From: Escherichia coli
Lineage (GTDB): Bacteria; Pseudomonadota; Gammaproteobacteria; Enterobacterales; Enterobacteriaceae
Length of the DNA stretch: 64,000 nucleotides
Reading direction: 5' to 3' (one strand)
NCBI RefSeq assembly: GCF_016903815.1
Contig: NZ_CP069973.1
The position numbers were made by a program, and so were the translations under genes. A model generated the notes under the pieces. The model made no database searches. It had not been told where the DNA came from and was given only the letters and a program-made list of their open reading frames with translations. Every line of letters starts with the position of its first letter. Position 1 is the first letter of the stretch. Shown here piece after piece: positions 10,757 to 21,659 of this stretch.

Positions 10757-12163
10757 TTACAGCCGTTCTTGAATAAGTTTGCCTAATTGTTTAACCGCCT
10801 GTTCTTCACGTTCTCCCCACTGCCACGCGGTATTAAAACGGAAAAAACGTGACCAGTTTTCACCGGTAGAAAACATTTTACCCGGCGCAATACTGATATG
10901 ATGCGCCAGTGCCGCCAGGCTTAATTCGCCCGCATCTAACGGTTCGGGAAGCTCCAGCCAGAGAAAATAACCGCTGTCATTATGATGAATTTTCACTTCC
11001 GCAGGCAGATAACGCAGCAGTGCTTGCCAGGCACGTTGTTTACGTTCCGCAAGCTGGCGACGCAGGCGACGAAGATGGGCGTCGTATCGGCGCGTGGAAA
11101 GGTAATCCACCAGAGCAAGTTGCATCGGTGAGCTGGTGGAAAGCGTACTCATCAACTGCAAGCGTTGAATTTTACGTGCATGTTTTCCGGCGGCGACCCA
11201 ACCAATACGAAAACCAGGCACCAGACATTTCGAAAACGAAGAGCAATGCAAAACACCATCGTGGTGATCCCACGCTTTCGCAGGCAGCGGTTTTTCCCGT
11301 CCAAAATAAAGTTCGCTGTAAACGTCATCTTCAATCAGCGTTACGTTGTACTGACTGAGCAACGCTACCAGCCGCGCTTTTTTCTGCGGCGTTAAGGTAA
11401 ATCCGAGTGGATTCTGGCTATTAGTCATCAGCCAGCACGCTTTCACCGGATACTCCTGCAACGCCAGTTCCATCGCCTTGAGATCAATCCCTTCTTTAAC
11501 GTCCGTCGCCACCGATAACGCCTTCAGCCGTAACCGCTCCAGCGCCTGCAACGCGCCGTAGAAACAAGGATTCTCTACTATCACCCAATCGCCCGGTTCA
11601 GTGACCGCTTGTAAACTGAGGTTTAATGCCTCTAACGCCCCGGCGGTAATGACAATTTCATCAGGAGAAATAGTGATGCCCTGTAAGGCATAGCGACGAG
11701 CAATAGCCTGACGCAGTTCTGCGTTTCCTGGCGGTAAGTTTTCAATCACGCTCATCGCCGTGGCGGTTTTGCTTACCTGCGCCAGCGAGCGGTTGAGTTG
11801 TTGGAGGGGGAAAAGTCGCGGGTCGGGAAAGGCCGAGGCAAACGGAACTACCGACGGATCGCGACTGGCCTGCAACATATCAAAAATATAGGTGTTGATA
11901 TCGACTGCTTCATCTCGAGTGACTGGAATGACTGGCGCTTTCGGCATTTTTATTGCCTGTGTCGCAACGTAATAACCCGACTGCGGTCGCGCGATAATAT
12001 GTCCCTGACTTTCGAGCAACTGATAGGCATGGCTCACGGTCATAAAGCTCATGCCAGAAAGCGCCACCTGGTCACGCAACGAAGGCAAACGATCTCCGGG
12101 TTGCCAGATACCCGACGCAATCTGCTCGCGTAATTGTTCTGCAAGCTGCTGGTATTTTTTCAT
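10757..12163 (-). CDS. ydcR: MocR-type regulator (GntR HTH fused to aminotransferase-like domain) YdcR
   Basis: 468 aa; N-terminal wHTH plus PLP-fold domain with SFSKCL lysine motif. Confidence 0.9.
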   Translation of the reverse strand: MKKYQQLAEQLREQIASGIWQPGDRLPSLRDQVALSGMSFMTVSHAYQLLESQGHIIARPQSGYYVATQAIKMPKAPVIPVTRDEAVDINTYIFDMLQASRDPSVVPFASAFPDPRLFPLQQLNRSLAQVSKTATAMSVIENLPPGNAELRQAIARRYALQGITISPDEIVITAGALEALNLSLQAVTEPGDWVIVENPCFYGALQALERLRLKALSVATDVKEGIDLKAMELALQEYPVKACWLMTNSQNPLGFTLTPQKKARLVALLSQYNVTLIEDDVYSELYFGREKPLPAKAWDHHDGVLHCSSFSKCLVPGFRIGWVAAGKHARKIQRLQLMSTLSTSSPMQLALVDYLSTRRYDAHLRRLRRQLAERKQRAWQALLRYLPAEVKIHHNDSGYFLWLELPEPLDAGELSLAALAHHISIAPGKMFSTGENWSRFFRFNTAWQWGEREEQAVKQLGKLIQERL

Positions 12164-12241
12164 TATCGAATCGTAATTATGTGCAGATGATTCGGCAGTC
12201 TATATCAGTTGTTAAAAATGACAACTTTTCGTTAACTGTAA

Positions 12242-12658
<417 letters not shown>

Positions 12659-12703
12659 AATTTCGACTGTCTCTCGCATGTCATTAACCTTTTTAATTGG
12701 CGA

Positions 12704-12880
12704 TTAACTCAAACCGAGTTGTTTCAGGATTGCTTTACGCAATGGTTCTTTAATCTCATCGCAGGGGTGACGCGGCATGACACTGCGCCTCCCACGAAAC
12801 CTGAGTTTCAAATGGTTGCTGCCATTCGCTACATCGACGCCCTGAGATTCGAGCCAACGTCTGAACTCGCTTTGTTTCAC
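12704..12880 (-). CDS. hicA: HicA mRNA interferase toxin (58 aa, GTG start)
   Basis: Hand-translated: VKQSEFRRWLESQGVDVANGSNHLKLRFRGRRSVMPRHPCDEIKEPLRKAILKQLGLS; one codon short of the ORF track's 60-aa floor. Confidence 0.85.
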   Translation of the reverse strand: MKQSEFRRWLESQGVDVANGSNHLKLRFRGRRSVMPRHPCDEIKEPLRKAILKQLGLS

Positions 12881-13101
12881 ATCGCCTCCCTGCCGCTGAG
12901 TATATCAACAAAGTAAACATTAGTGTTTACCTCCGTGTGTAATTTGCTCGAAAATAGCACTAAATCGCCGCAACGGCAGAATGCAATGCAAAATCAGGAA
13001 GGAAGATTCCAGAATTTCTTTGCGCTAATTTGCAAAACTGAATAATAACCTCAAGAAACTATCGGCATCATAGCGGCAAAAGGTGAGAAAAAGGTGGCGG
13101 G

Positions 13102-13332
13102 ATGTTTACGAAGGCGTTATCGGTTGTCTTATTAACGTGTGCGCTGTTCTCAGGACAACTCATGGCAGGGCACAAAGGACATGAATTTATGTGGGTAAAG
13201 AATGTGGATCATCAGCTACGTCATGAAGCGGACAGCGATGAATTGCGTGCCGTGGCGGAAGAGTCGGCGGAAGGTTTGCGCGAGCATTTTTACTGGCAAA
13301 AATCGCGCAAACCAGAAGCGGGACAACGTTGA
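13102..13332 (+). CDS. yncJ: Small secreted protein YncJ
   Basis: 76 aa with signal peptide; synteny. Confidence 0.8.
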   Translation: MFTKALSVVLLTCALFSGQLMAGHKGHEFMWVKNVDHQLRHEADSDELRAVAEESAEGLREHFYWQKSRKPEAGQR

Positions 13333-13341
13333 GTCATTTAT

Positions 13342-13373
13342 TGCCGGATGCGGCGTGACGCCTTACCCGGCCA
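13342..13373. repeat. REP-like palindromic element (tgccggatgcggcgtgacgccttacccggcc)
   Basis: Resembles E. coli REP consensus GCCGGATGCGGCG...; intergenic between convergent yncJ and rlhA. Confidence 0.4.
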
Positions 13374-13423
13374 ACAATATCATGCAGATTCAATAAGTTG
13401 TGAGTAACCAGAAAACTGGCGTT

Positions 13424-15385
13424 TTACCCTTTTCGCTTCGGCAATGTTTTCAGCAGCTCATCCGGACTTACGGAGGCGACAACACTTCCCGGTAACGGCA
13501 TTTTCAGAATGTGATTTTTAATTTTGCCGATGACGTGCATCTCGCATGGGCGGCAATCAAACTTTAGCGTTAATACTTCATCGCCGTTAACCAGTTGCAT
13601 TGGCGTCGCCTTCCAGCTTTTGATATTGCCTTTCGCCTGTTTCGGGCACAGATTGAAGGCAAAGCGCAAACAATGCTTAGTGATCATCACCGGGACTTCG
13701 CCCTTCTCTTCATGTGCCTCATACGCCGCGTCAATCAGCTGCACACCGTAGCGATGATAAAATTCACGCGCTTTCTGGTTGTATACGTTCGCGAGGAAAC
13801 TCAGATGCGTTTGCGGATAAACCGGCGCAGGATCAGCAACCGGTTTACGGCTGCCCCGCTGGTAACCGGCAAGACGTGCAGCATCCAGCATGTCGGCGGC
13901 TTCACGGCGGAACTGGTTTAACAGACTGTTTGGTACAAACAGCGCACCCGGCAAATTAATTTGCACATCGCGGGCGTAATAGATGGTTTGCCCCAGTTTT
14001 GCCAGACCATCCTTTAGATTGTTCATTGCTTTTTCGGCGTTATTGGCTTCGTCGAACTGCCCATCCAGCGTATGCGTGATGCTGACACCCTCTTCACTGG
14101 TGAGGGTCAGAATCAGTTGTTCCTGCCAGCCGCCCAGTTCAATGTCTACCGCCACCCGACGTTCGCTGGAGGTTTTTGTCAGTGCCTGCTGCCAGTTATG
14201 ATCAAGATTACGGTTTAGTGGGTGATGCGGGCGAATTTTGTGCAACTCTGCTGGCATTTCATTGGGCCAGACGCGGTACTGATTTTCTCCGGTTTTCTCG
14301 ACCGTATTGGCACGAAAGCCGACGACTTCACGTTTAATCATCACGTTCAGGCCATCGCCATTTGCCAGTGGTTCGGAAACGGCAACATCGAGATGATCTT
14401 TCGCCACTTTCAATACTTCACCCACCGGCAGGCCGATAAATTTCGGCGAATCGAACGCGCCAATATCGCCTTTACGGGCATTCACAAAATAATCTGTGCT
14501 ACCACGGTGGAAAGTCTTTTCCGTCGATGGAACAAAGAAATGTTCAGTACGACCTGATGAAGCACGCGTCAGATCGACACGTTCTTCAATAATGGCATCC
14601 AGCATCTGGCGATAATGGGCGGTGATATTCTTCACGTAGCTCATATCTTTGTAACGCCCTTCAATCTTGAAGGAGCGTACGCCAGCATCAATCAGCGCGC
14701 CGAGGTTGGCAGTCTGATCGTTATCTTTCATCGACAGCAGATGTTTTTCATAGGAAACCACCCGCCCCTGATCGTCTTTCAATGTGTATGGCAAACGGCA
14801 CGCCTGCGAGCAATCGCCACGGTTGGCGCTACGCCCTGTTTGCGCATGAGAAATGTAGCACTGACCCGAATAGGCCACGCACAGTGCGCCATGAATAAAG
14901 AATTCAATGGTCGCGTCCGTGGCCTGGTGAATCGCGCGGATCTGCTCAAGATTCAGTTCTCGCGCCAGCACAATCTGCGTGAAGCCAACATCAGAGAGGA
15001 ACTTCGCTTTTTCTACTGTACGAATGTCGCACTGCGTACTGGCGTGCAGTTCAATCGGCGGAATATCAAGTTCCAGAATCCCCATATCCTGAACAATCAG
15101 CGCATCGACGCCGGTCTGGTAGAGGTCAGTAATCAGCCGTTGCGCAGGTTCCAGCTCATCATCATGCAAAATGGTGTTAAGCGTGACGAAAATTTTTGCA
15201 CCATAACGATGGGCAAACGGCACCAGCTCGGCAATATCTTTCAGGCTATTACTGGCATTATGACGGGCACCAAAACCAGGGCCGCCGATATAAACAGCAT
15301 CGGCACCGTGCAAAATAGCTTCGCGGGCAATGGCGGCATCGCGTGCCGGACTTAACAGTTCAAGACGATGAGAAGATACGGTCAC
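13424..15385 (-). CDS. rlhA: Peptidase U32-family protein; 23S rRNA 5-hydroxycytidine C2501 synthase RlhA (YdcP)
   Basis: ORF track gives 667 aa; trimmed to GTG start (MTVSSHRLELLSPARD...) giving 653 aa. Confidence 0.88.
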   Translation of the reverse strand: MTVSSHRLELLSPARDAAIAREAILHGADAVYIGGPGFGARHNASNSLKDIAELVPFAHRYGAKIFVTLNTILHDDELEPAQRLITDLYQTGVDALIVQDMGILELDIPPIELHASTQCDIRTVEKAKFLSDVGFTQIVLARELNLEQIRAIHQATDATIEFFIHGALCVAYSGQCYISHAQTGRSANRGDCSQACRLPYTLKDDQGRVVSYEKHLLSMKDNDQTANLGALIDAGVRSFKIEGRYKDMSYVKNITAHYRQMLDAIIEERVDLTRASSGRTEHFFVPSTEKTFHRGSTDYFVNARKGDIGAFDSPKFIGLPVGEVLKVAKDHLDVAVSEPLANGDGLNVMIKREVVGFRANTVEKTGENQYRVWPNEMPAELHKIRPHHPLNRNLDHNWQQALTKTSSERRVAVDIELGGWQEQLILTLTSEEGVSITHTLDGQFDEANNAEKAMNNLKDGLAKLGQTIYYARDVQINLPGALFVPNSLLNQFRREAADMLDAARLAGYQRGSRKPVADPAPVYPQTHLSFLANVYNQKAREFYHRYGVQLIDAAYEAHEEKGEVPVMITKHCLRFAFNLCPKQAKGNIKSWKATPMQLVNGDEVLTLKFDCRPCEMHVIGKIKNHILKMPLPGSVVASVSPDELLKTLPKRKG

Positions 15386-15457
15386 TTTCTTATCCAGTAG
15401 CTGAAAAATGGCGGCTATTTTAGCCACAAGCGCGACGTTGCGAAATAGTTTTCCCGC

Positions 15458-15994
15458 TTAACTGCGCGGGTAATGGATGAGGGAATGAAAATGTACGGTT
15501 TGCTCCCCTCCATTACGATAGACATGCGTGACGTCTGCAGCAAATCGAGCGCCTTCCCCACAATTAAGGCTCTGCCATTCACCATCAACGCACAGATCAA
15601 GTTGTCCATCAATGACGACAACATGTTCGATTCCCCCCTTCTCATGGGGCGTCGATTCGCTTATTGCACCAGGTGCCATCTGAATCGAGAAGTGTTCAAA
15701 GCAGAGTTGTGGATCATAAGGAAACAGTGAAGTGATCACCATCGCCTGCTGTTGTGGATCATAAACTGAAGGCGTAGCGGACTGCGGCGGAGAAATAAAT
15801 GTTGAAAATGGCACGTTCAACCCGGTGGCAATTTTCCATAATGTCGCGACCGTCGGGCTGGATTCATTACGCTCAATCTGCCCTAACATCGCTTTAGAAA
15901 CGCCCGTCGCTTCTGCCAGTCGCGAAAGACTCCAGCCGCGATGCTGACGTAGTTGTTTAAGTGTGGTGGATAAAAAGCGAGCGAGATTCTCCAT
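15458..15994 (-). CDS. ydcN: XRE-family HTH regulator with C-terminal cupin domain YdcN
   Basis: 178 aa; HTH (LSRLAEATGVSKAMLGQIERNES) plus cupin. Confidence 0.85.
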   Translation of the reverse strand: MENLARFLSTTLKQLRQHRGWSLSRLAEATGVSKAMLGQIERNESSPTVATLWKIATGLNVPFSTFISPPQSATPSVYDPQQQAMVITSLFPYDPQLCFEHFSIQMAPGAISESTPHEKGGIEHVVVIDGQLDLCVDGEWQSLNCGEGARFAADVTHVYRNGGEQTVHFHSLIHYPRS

Positions 15995-16085
15995 GCGACT
16001 CCTCCGGCAAAACGGAAGTTTATCACTTGTGCGTTATAACGGACAAATGCTACGGTACCTGTACGTTATAACGCACGAGGTGACT

Positions 16086-17258
16086 ATGCGTCTGTTTTCT
16101 ATTCCTCCACCCACGCTACTGGCGGGGTTTCTGGCGGTATTAATTGGCTACGCCAGTTCAGCGGCAATAATCTGGCAAGCAGCGATTGTCGCCGGAGCCA
16201 CCACTGCACAAATCTCTGGCTGGATGACGGCGCTGGGGCTGGCAATGGGCGTCAGTACGCTGACTCTGACATTATGGTATCGCGTACCTGTTCTCACCGC
16301 ATGGTCAACGCCTGGCGCGGCTTTGTTGGTCACCGGATTACAGGGACTAACACTTAACGAAGCCATCGGCGTTTTTATTGTCACCAACGCGTTAATAGTC
16401 CTCTGCGGCATAACGGGACTCTTTGCTCGTCTGATGCGCATTATTCCGCACTCGCTTGCGGCGGCAATGCTTGCCGGGATTTTATTACGCTTTGGTTTAC
16501 AGGCGTTTGCCAGTCTGGATGATCAATTTACGTTGTGTGGCAGTATGTTGCTGGTATGGCTGGCAACCAAGGCCGTTGCGCCGCGCTATGCGGTAATTGC
16601 CGCGATGATTATTGGGATCGTCATCGTTATCGCGCAAGGTGACGTTGTCACAAATGATGTTGTCTTTAAACCCGTTCTCCCCACTTATATTACCCCTGAT
16701 TTTGCGTTTGCTCACAGCCTGAGCGTTGCACTCCCCCTTTTTCTGGTGACGATGGCATCGCAAAACGCACCGGGTATCGCAGCAATGAAAGCCGCCGGAT
16801 ATTCAGCTCCTGTTTCGCCATTAATTGTATTTACTGGATTGCTGGCACTGGTTTTTTCCCCTTTCGGCGTTTATTCCGTCGGTATTGCGGCAATCACCGC
16901 GGCTATTTGTCAAAGCCCGGAAGCGCATCCGGATAAAGATCAACGTTGGCTGGCAGCTGCCGTTGCAGGCATTTTTTATTTGCTCGCAGGTCTTTTTGGT
17001 AGTGCTATTACCGGGATGATGGCTGCCCTGCCCGTAAGTTGGATCCAGATGCTGGCAGGTCTGGCGCTGTTGAGTACCATTGGCGGCAGTTTGTATCAGG
17101 CGCTGCATAATGAGCGTGAGCGCGACGCGGCGGTGGTGGCATTTCTGGTAACGGCAAGTGGATTGACGCTGGTCGGGATTGGTTCTGCGTTTTGGGGATT
17201 AATTGCCGGAGGCGTTTGTTACGTGGTGTTGAATTTAATCGCTGACAGAAACCGATAA
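16086..17258 (+). CDS. ydcO: BenE-family benzoate-type membrane transporter YdcO
   Basis: Polytopic membrane protein; start set at MRLFSIPPPTLLAG (ORF-track upstream extension rejected). Confidence 0.85.
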   Translation: MRLFSIPPPTLLAGFLAVLIGYASSAAIIWQAAIVAGATTAQISGWMTALGLAMGVSTLTLTLWYRVPVLTAWSTPGAALLVTGLQGLTLNEAIGVFIVTNALIVLCGITGLFARLMRIIPHSLAAAMLAGILLRFGLQAFASLDDQFTLCGSMLLVWLATKAVAPRYAVIAAMIIGIVIVIAQGDVVTNDVVFKPVLPTYITPDFAFAHSLSVALPLFLVTMASQNAPGIAAMKAAGYSAPVSPLIVFTGLLALVFSPFGVYSVGIAAITAAICQSPEAHPDKDQRWLAAAVAGIFYLLAGLFGSAITGMMAALPVSWIQMLAGLALLSTIGGSLYQALHNERERDAAVVAFLVTASGLTLVGIGSAFWGLIAGGVCYVVLNLIADRNR

Positions 17259-17265
17259 TAAATAT

Positions 17266-17290
17266 CCTCCGGCATAGCCGGAGGTTTTTC
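17266..17290 (+). terminator. Rho-independent terminator of ydcO (cctccggcatagccggagg + TTTTT)
   Basis: Perfect 8-bp stem, 4-nt loop, T-run, 8 nt after ydcO stop. Confidence 0.6.
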
Positions 17291-17962
17291 AAATGCGCCT
17301 ATAAGGCTCTCTTACCAGCCGCGCCCTAACAGGCGCACACGATCTGACATTTGCATCCAACTTCGTTACTTACGGCCCGTAAACGGGCTGCCCGGATAGG
17401 GAATCGATAACTGCTCTCCCATTTTATCCTCTTCAAGCTGGTGCTTTATGTAATCCTGTATCTTCGCCGTGTTCTTACCCACCGTATCGACGTAGTACCC
17501 TCTGCACCAGAACTCCCTGTTCCTGTATTTGAATTTCAAATCACCAAACTGCTCGTAAAGCATCAGACTGCTTTTCCCTTTCAGATATCCCATAAAGCCG
17601 GATACGCTCATTTTGGGCGGGATCTCCACAAGCATATGGATATGATCTGCACAGCATTCAGCTTCCAGAATCCGTACACTTTTCCACTCACACAGCTTTC
17701 TCAAAATACTGCCTATTGCTCTACGCTTCTCTCTGTAGAACACCTGTCTTCGGTATTTTGGCGCAAAAACTATGTGATATTTACAGTTCCATCGGGTGTG
17801 CGCTAAGCTCTTTTCGTTCCCCATTGGGACCCCCTTTTGATTTCTTGTTTGACACTTGCAGTTGCCAGACCGCAAGGTGTTTTAACAAATCAAAAGGGGT
17901 TTTAATAACTGGCTTAAAGCTGAAAGCTTTCCGGAACCCCCAGCCTAGCTGGGGGTTTTCTG
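17291..17962 (-). mobile_element. IS200-type insertion sequence (IS200/IS605 family, tnpA only); boundaries approximate
   Basis: Y1/HUH TnpA ORF flanked by about 75 and 135 bp non-coding arms; perfect 10-bp stem hairpin aacccccagc/gctgggggtt at 17935-17957, like the IS200 left-end structure. Confidence 0.7.
17366..17824 (-). CDS. tnpA: IS200 transposase TnpA (Y1 HUH single-strand transposase)
   Basis: 152 aa MGNEKSLAHTRWNCKYHIVFAPKYRR...; HUH motif (HIHML) and catalytic Tyr region; ORF-track 169 aa form has upstream extension. Confidence 0.88.
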   Translation of the reverse strand: MGNEKSLAHTRWNCKYHIVFAPKYRRQVFYREKRRAIGSILRKLCEWKSVRILEAECCADHIHMLVEIPPKMSVSGFMGYLKGKSSLMLYEQFGDLKFKYRNREFWCRGYYVDTVGKNTAKIQDYIKHQLEEDKMGEQLSIPYPGSPFTGRK

Positions 17963-17966
17963 TGCA

Positions 17967-17994
17967 CAAAAAAGCGCCATCTAACGATGGCGCG
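17967..17994 (-). terminator. Rho-independent terminator of ydcL (gcgccatcgttagatggcgc + TTTTTT on minus strand)
   Basis: Perfect 8-bp stem with T6 run immediately downstream of ydcL stop. Confidence 0.65.
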
Positions 17995-18001
17995 TCTGGA
18001 A

Positions 18002-18670
18002 CTACTTTTTGTTAACGTCAAACATGGTGGCATCGGTCGCCATGTCATCAATAACTTGTTTAATATTTTCGAAAGCCATTGGCGTACTTTCGTTATTCAG
18101 GTCTTTACCTTCGCCCTGACGAACGACTTTGATAACCGGTTTATTAGTCGCTGCATCAATCAGCTCACCTTCAAAATAGAGGCGAGTATCCATGGTACGG
18201 TGGCCTGTAGCCATTTGCGTCCCCGCAACCACTAATGCAACAGGAACCACTTCATAGAATTGCAGCCCTTCTTTGCTGGTATCTACACCGGTAATGGCCC
18301 CACGGAAAATCAGACTATGCGGCCCAGCGGTGGTAACCAGTGGTTTACGCTGCGCTATCGCTTCTTTCATTTCGGTGTTGGTATAGTTCAAAATTTTATC
18401 CAGAACTTTCTGCCCTACCTGGGTAGAAGGTTTCGGTACCGGATAATAAGTGATTGGGTTCCAGACGATGCTGTCATATTTGCTTTGATCAAAACTTGGG
18501 TCTACCCAACGTAAAACAGGTTTACCTGTTGCCGAGGTTGTTTCTTTTAAATCAGAGTAATTGTTTAAAAAACCAGAATATTTATCTGGCTGGGTGATTT
18601 TAGAGGCACAACCAGACAGAGCCAACAAGCCGCATAAAGCTGCAACTTTCGCAAATGATGTGGTACGCAT
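18002..18670 (-). CDS. ydcL: Lipoprotein YdcL (DUF3313)
   Basis: 222 aa with lipobox LALSGC; synteny. Confidence 0.9.
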   Translation of the reverse strand: MRTTSFAKVAALCGLLALSGCASKITQPDKYSGFLNNYSDLKETTSATGKPVLRWVDPSFDQSKYDSIVWNPITYYPVPKPSTQVGQKVLDKILNYTNTEMKEAIAQRKPLVTTAGPHSLIFRGAITGVDTSKEGLQFYEVVPVALVVAGTQMATGHRTMDTRLYFEGELIDAATNKPVIKVVRQGEGKDLNNESTPMAFENIKQVIDDMATDATMFDVNKK

Positions 18671-18972
18671 GAATAGTTTCCTGAGATGATTATATTACTT
18701 TCTAAGTTATAGCAAAAAGCGCCGCTTCGTGTTGTGGCAAAAAAAGTGTTGGTGAAAATAAATTTTTTAGCCCCTTTTCAGACGACATAGTCAATGCCGA
18801 AAAAGGGGCTAAGTCAATCATCAGTAGTTAAATTTCAGTAAGTTAAGCGGCTAAAAAACTTCGACTACTGTGATTAATTTCACATCCCTTCGATAAAAAA
18901 TATGCTTACCGAAAAGAAGAACAGTAAACCATCTCAGCGTGGGGAATTTTCACGCGCTTTGTTCTTACCGGA

Positions 18973-19566
18973 TCATTTTTTACGTGCCAGCATCGTGGCG
19001 AAACGCAGTTTAATACGATTACCGTTGGCGTCGGTGCGGTGCAGCTCGCCGACGTCTTCATTGTATTTCACCATCTCCCAGCCTTCGTAATATCGACGTA
19101 ATTCCCCCTCTTTGAAGGCAAACGGGAAGCCGACGGTACATGGATAATCAGCGGTATCCATCGCCGCCACAATCAGGTTGTAACCGCCAGGTTTAGTGCA
19201 ACGTTGCATATTGGCAATCAGCCCTGGGATGGTTTTAGCCTCAAGGAACATCAGCACCACAGTCGAAAGAATAAAATCGTACTGTCCATCAAATGTGAGG
19301 TTATTCAGATCAACGACCCGGGTGTGTAAATTATCCAGATTTTCAATGGACTTAATGCGCTCGACGTTGGCGATACTCATGGCATTTTTATCCCATGCGT
19401 CAACATCATAACCATTGGCTGCCAGGTAAAGACTGTTACGACCATTGCCACAGCCCAGATCCAGCGTTTTACCCGGTTTAACCACTTTCACCGCTTCCAG
19501 TACTTCAGAGTGTGTGCGGGTTAATTCATATTTATCAGTAAAATAGTTTTCGTCACGAATGATCAT
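18973..19566 (-). CDS. tehB: Tellurite resistance SAM-dependent methyltransferase TehB
   Basis: 197 aa; SAM-binding motif [11 protein letters not shown]. Confidence 0.92.
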   Translation of the reverse strand: MIIRDENYFTDKYELTRTHSEVLEAVKVVKPGKTLDLGCGNGRNSLYLAANGYDVDAWDKNAMSIANVERIKSIENLDNLHTRVVDLNNLTFDGQYDFILSTVVLMFLEAKTIPGLIANMQRCTKPGGYNLIVAAMDTADYPCTVGFPFAFKEGELRRYYEGWEMVKYNEDVGELHRTDANGNRIKLRFATMLARKK

Positions 19567-20555
19567 TCTTTGTCCTCTGCTTTCATTAAAACGGCGCGCT
19601 CGGTTCTGACTAACAATTTTCCCTGCATCAGAAGCGCAAAAGTACGGATGAGCAGTATTGCAATAATAAAATTGGTAAAGATAAACAGCGGCACCGCCAG
19701 CGTATGGAAAAATCCATTATCGCTGCCACTCCCCAGATGCAAACCGGTGGTTGCCAGTGCAGATACGCCGAACGAGAAACTCCAGAATGAAGCATTAAAT
19801 GGCTGGGAGAGATACCATGGCATCAGACGTAGCATAAACAGCAGTTGCAGCAGTCCATAACCGAAAAGCATTTTCGCCAGCGTGTCACCCTCGCCGCCGT
19901 TGACGCTCAGCCAGGCACTACAGGCCACCAGCGCAGGAGCGAGCTGAATGCCGAGTGATGTCCGCAGCGCCGTGGGTAATTCTCCCGAACTGCGCAGACG
20001 CTGCAAGATCACCGGTTCAAGGCTTAGCCATGAGAAAACGCCTGCGCCTAAAAACACCAGACCGGCGTCGGTGTAGCCCAACGCACCACAGGCCATTGCG
20101 CTGATAAAGTTGTTGGCAACTGTCGGCAGATACAGTCCAGGCGTGGTAGCTTCTTCAGGGTGAGATCCGCGCCATAATCCCGCAGTTTGCCATGCGGCAT
20201 AAGCCAGTTGCACCACGACACCAAAACTGAACAGGCACACCGCCAGTGGGCGAAACCACGGAACAAAACCAATCGCCACCAGCATCGTCGTTGCCGGAAA
20301 CAAACTCACAAAACTGCTCAGCACTGGATGGCGCACTTCCGCCAGCACGCTATGCGGAAAGCGGATGAGTCGGGTAATAAATGCGCTAGTTAATAATCCC
20401 CAGATGATCATCGCCAGAATCACCAGCCCATCCCCTAACCAGTGGCTGACCTGCCAAACCTGGCTGGCATAGCGCCAGGCAAATCCCATCCCTATCGTCC
20501 CCAACACAATACCAAAGTAGCCTGCCGGCAAATTGAGCACTTTATCGCTCTGCAT
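19563..20555 (-). CDS. tehA: Tellurite resistance membrane protein TehA (TDT/SLAC1-like channel)
   Basis: Polytopic; start trimmed to [19 protein letters not shown] (330 aa); overlaps tehB start by 4 nt. Confidence 0.9.
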   Translation of the reverse strand: MQSDKVLNLPAGYFGIVLGTIGMGFAWRYASQVWQVSHWLGDGLVILAMIIWGLLTSAFITRLIRFPHSVLAEVRHPVLSSFVSLFPATTMLVAIGFVPWFRPLAVCLFSFGVVVQLAYAAWQTAGLWRGSHPEEATTPGLYLPTVANNFISAMACGALGYTDAGLVFLGAGVFSWLSLEPVILQRLRSSGELPTALRTSLGIQLAPALVACSAWLSVNGGEGDTLAKMLFGYGLLQLLFMLRLMPWYLSQPFNASFWSFSFGVSALATTGLHLGSGSDNGFFHTLAVPLFIFTNFIIAILLIRTFALLMQGKLLVRTERAVLMKAEDKE

Positions 20556-20678
20556 CTTCTTACTCATTTTGTTTAATTTATAAAGTATATTTGAAATGCA
20601 TTTTATGGAATTTTCTCGAGCATAGCCAGAGCCGCAGAATTTGCTACGGTTATAGTAAGTCACCTGTGGGAAAACGCT

Positions 20679-21659
20679 ATGCGCAAATATCGTCTAAGTG
20701 AAGAACAGCGAGCCTTTAGTTATCAGGAAGATGGCACTAAAAAAAGTGTGTTATTACGGCAGATTATCGCCATTAGCGATTTTAACGATGTGATAGCAGG
20801 AACCGCTGGCGGCTGGATCGATCGCGAAACGGTGTTAGCACAGGAAGGAAATTGCTGGATTTACGATCAGAATGCTATTGCGTTCGGCGGAACGGTGATT
20901 TCCGGTAATACGCGTATCACCGGCACCAGCGTTCTTTGGGGAGAGGTTTACGCAACGGATAACGTCTGGATCGATAATAGTGAAATCAGCCAGGATGCAT
21001 ATATAAGTGACAGCGTCACCATTCGTGACTCATTAGTTTGTGGTCAATGTAGAATATTTGGTCACGCCTTAATTGATCAACATTCTATGATCGTCGCCGC
21101 ACAAGGCTTAACGCCCGACCATCAACTCCTGCTACAAATTTATGATCGCGCAAGGGTTAGCGCCTCGCGTATTGTTCACCAGGCACAAATTTATGGCGAT
21201 GCCGTCGTCCGGTATGCTTTTATTGAACATCGCGCCGAAGTTTTTGATTTTGCCAGCGTTGAAGGTAATGAAGAGAACAACGTCTGGCTATGCGATTGCG
21301 CTAAAGTCTACGGTCACGCGCAGGTGAAAGCTGGCATAGAAGAAGATGCCATTCCGACGATTCATTACAGTTCGCAGGTGGCGGAATATGCCATTGTGGA
21401 AGGTAATTGTGTGTTAAAACATCATGTCTTGATTGGCGGAAATGCCGTGGTACGTGGCGGACCGATTCTGCTCGACGAGCACGTTGTAATACAAGGTGAG
21501 AGCCGTATTACAGGTGCGGTGATAATTGAAAAACATGTGGAGTTAACCGACCACGCCGTCGTTGAAGCCTTTGATGGCGACACGGTTCATGTCCGTGGTC
21601 CAAAAGTCATTAACGGCGAGGAGCGCATTACGCGAACGCCGCTGGCAGGGTTATTGTGA
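20679..21659 (+). CDS. ydcK: Uncharacterized protein YdcK (hexapeptide-repeat / bactofilin-like)
   Basis: 326 aa; repetitive beta-helix-like pattern; synteny. Confidence 0.85.
   Translation: MRKYRLSEEQRAFSYQEDGTKKSVLLRQIIAISDFNDVIAGTAGGWIDRETVLAQEGNCWIYDQNAIAFGGTVISGNTRITGTSVLWGEVYATDNVWIDNSEISQDAYISDSVTIRDSLVCGQCRIFGHALIDQHSMIVAAQGLTPDHQLLLQIYDRARVSASRIVHQAQIYGDAVVRYAFIEHRAEVFDFASVEGNEENNVWLCDCAKVYGHAQVKAGIEEDAIPTIHYSSQVAEYAIVEGNCVLKHHVLIGGNAVVRGGPILLDEHVVIQGESRITGAVIIEKHVELTDHAVVEAFDGDTVHVRGPKVINGEERITRTPLAGLL

Noticed and set aside
12719-12916. 65-aa plus-strand ORF
   Set aside because: Antisense to the hand-verified hicA gene.
15963-16085. N-terminal extension of ydcO ORF (431 aa form)
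   Set aside because: Extension overlaps the divergent ydcN start region; the ATG at 16086 (MRLFSIPPP) gives the expected protein length.
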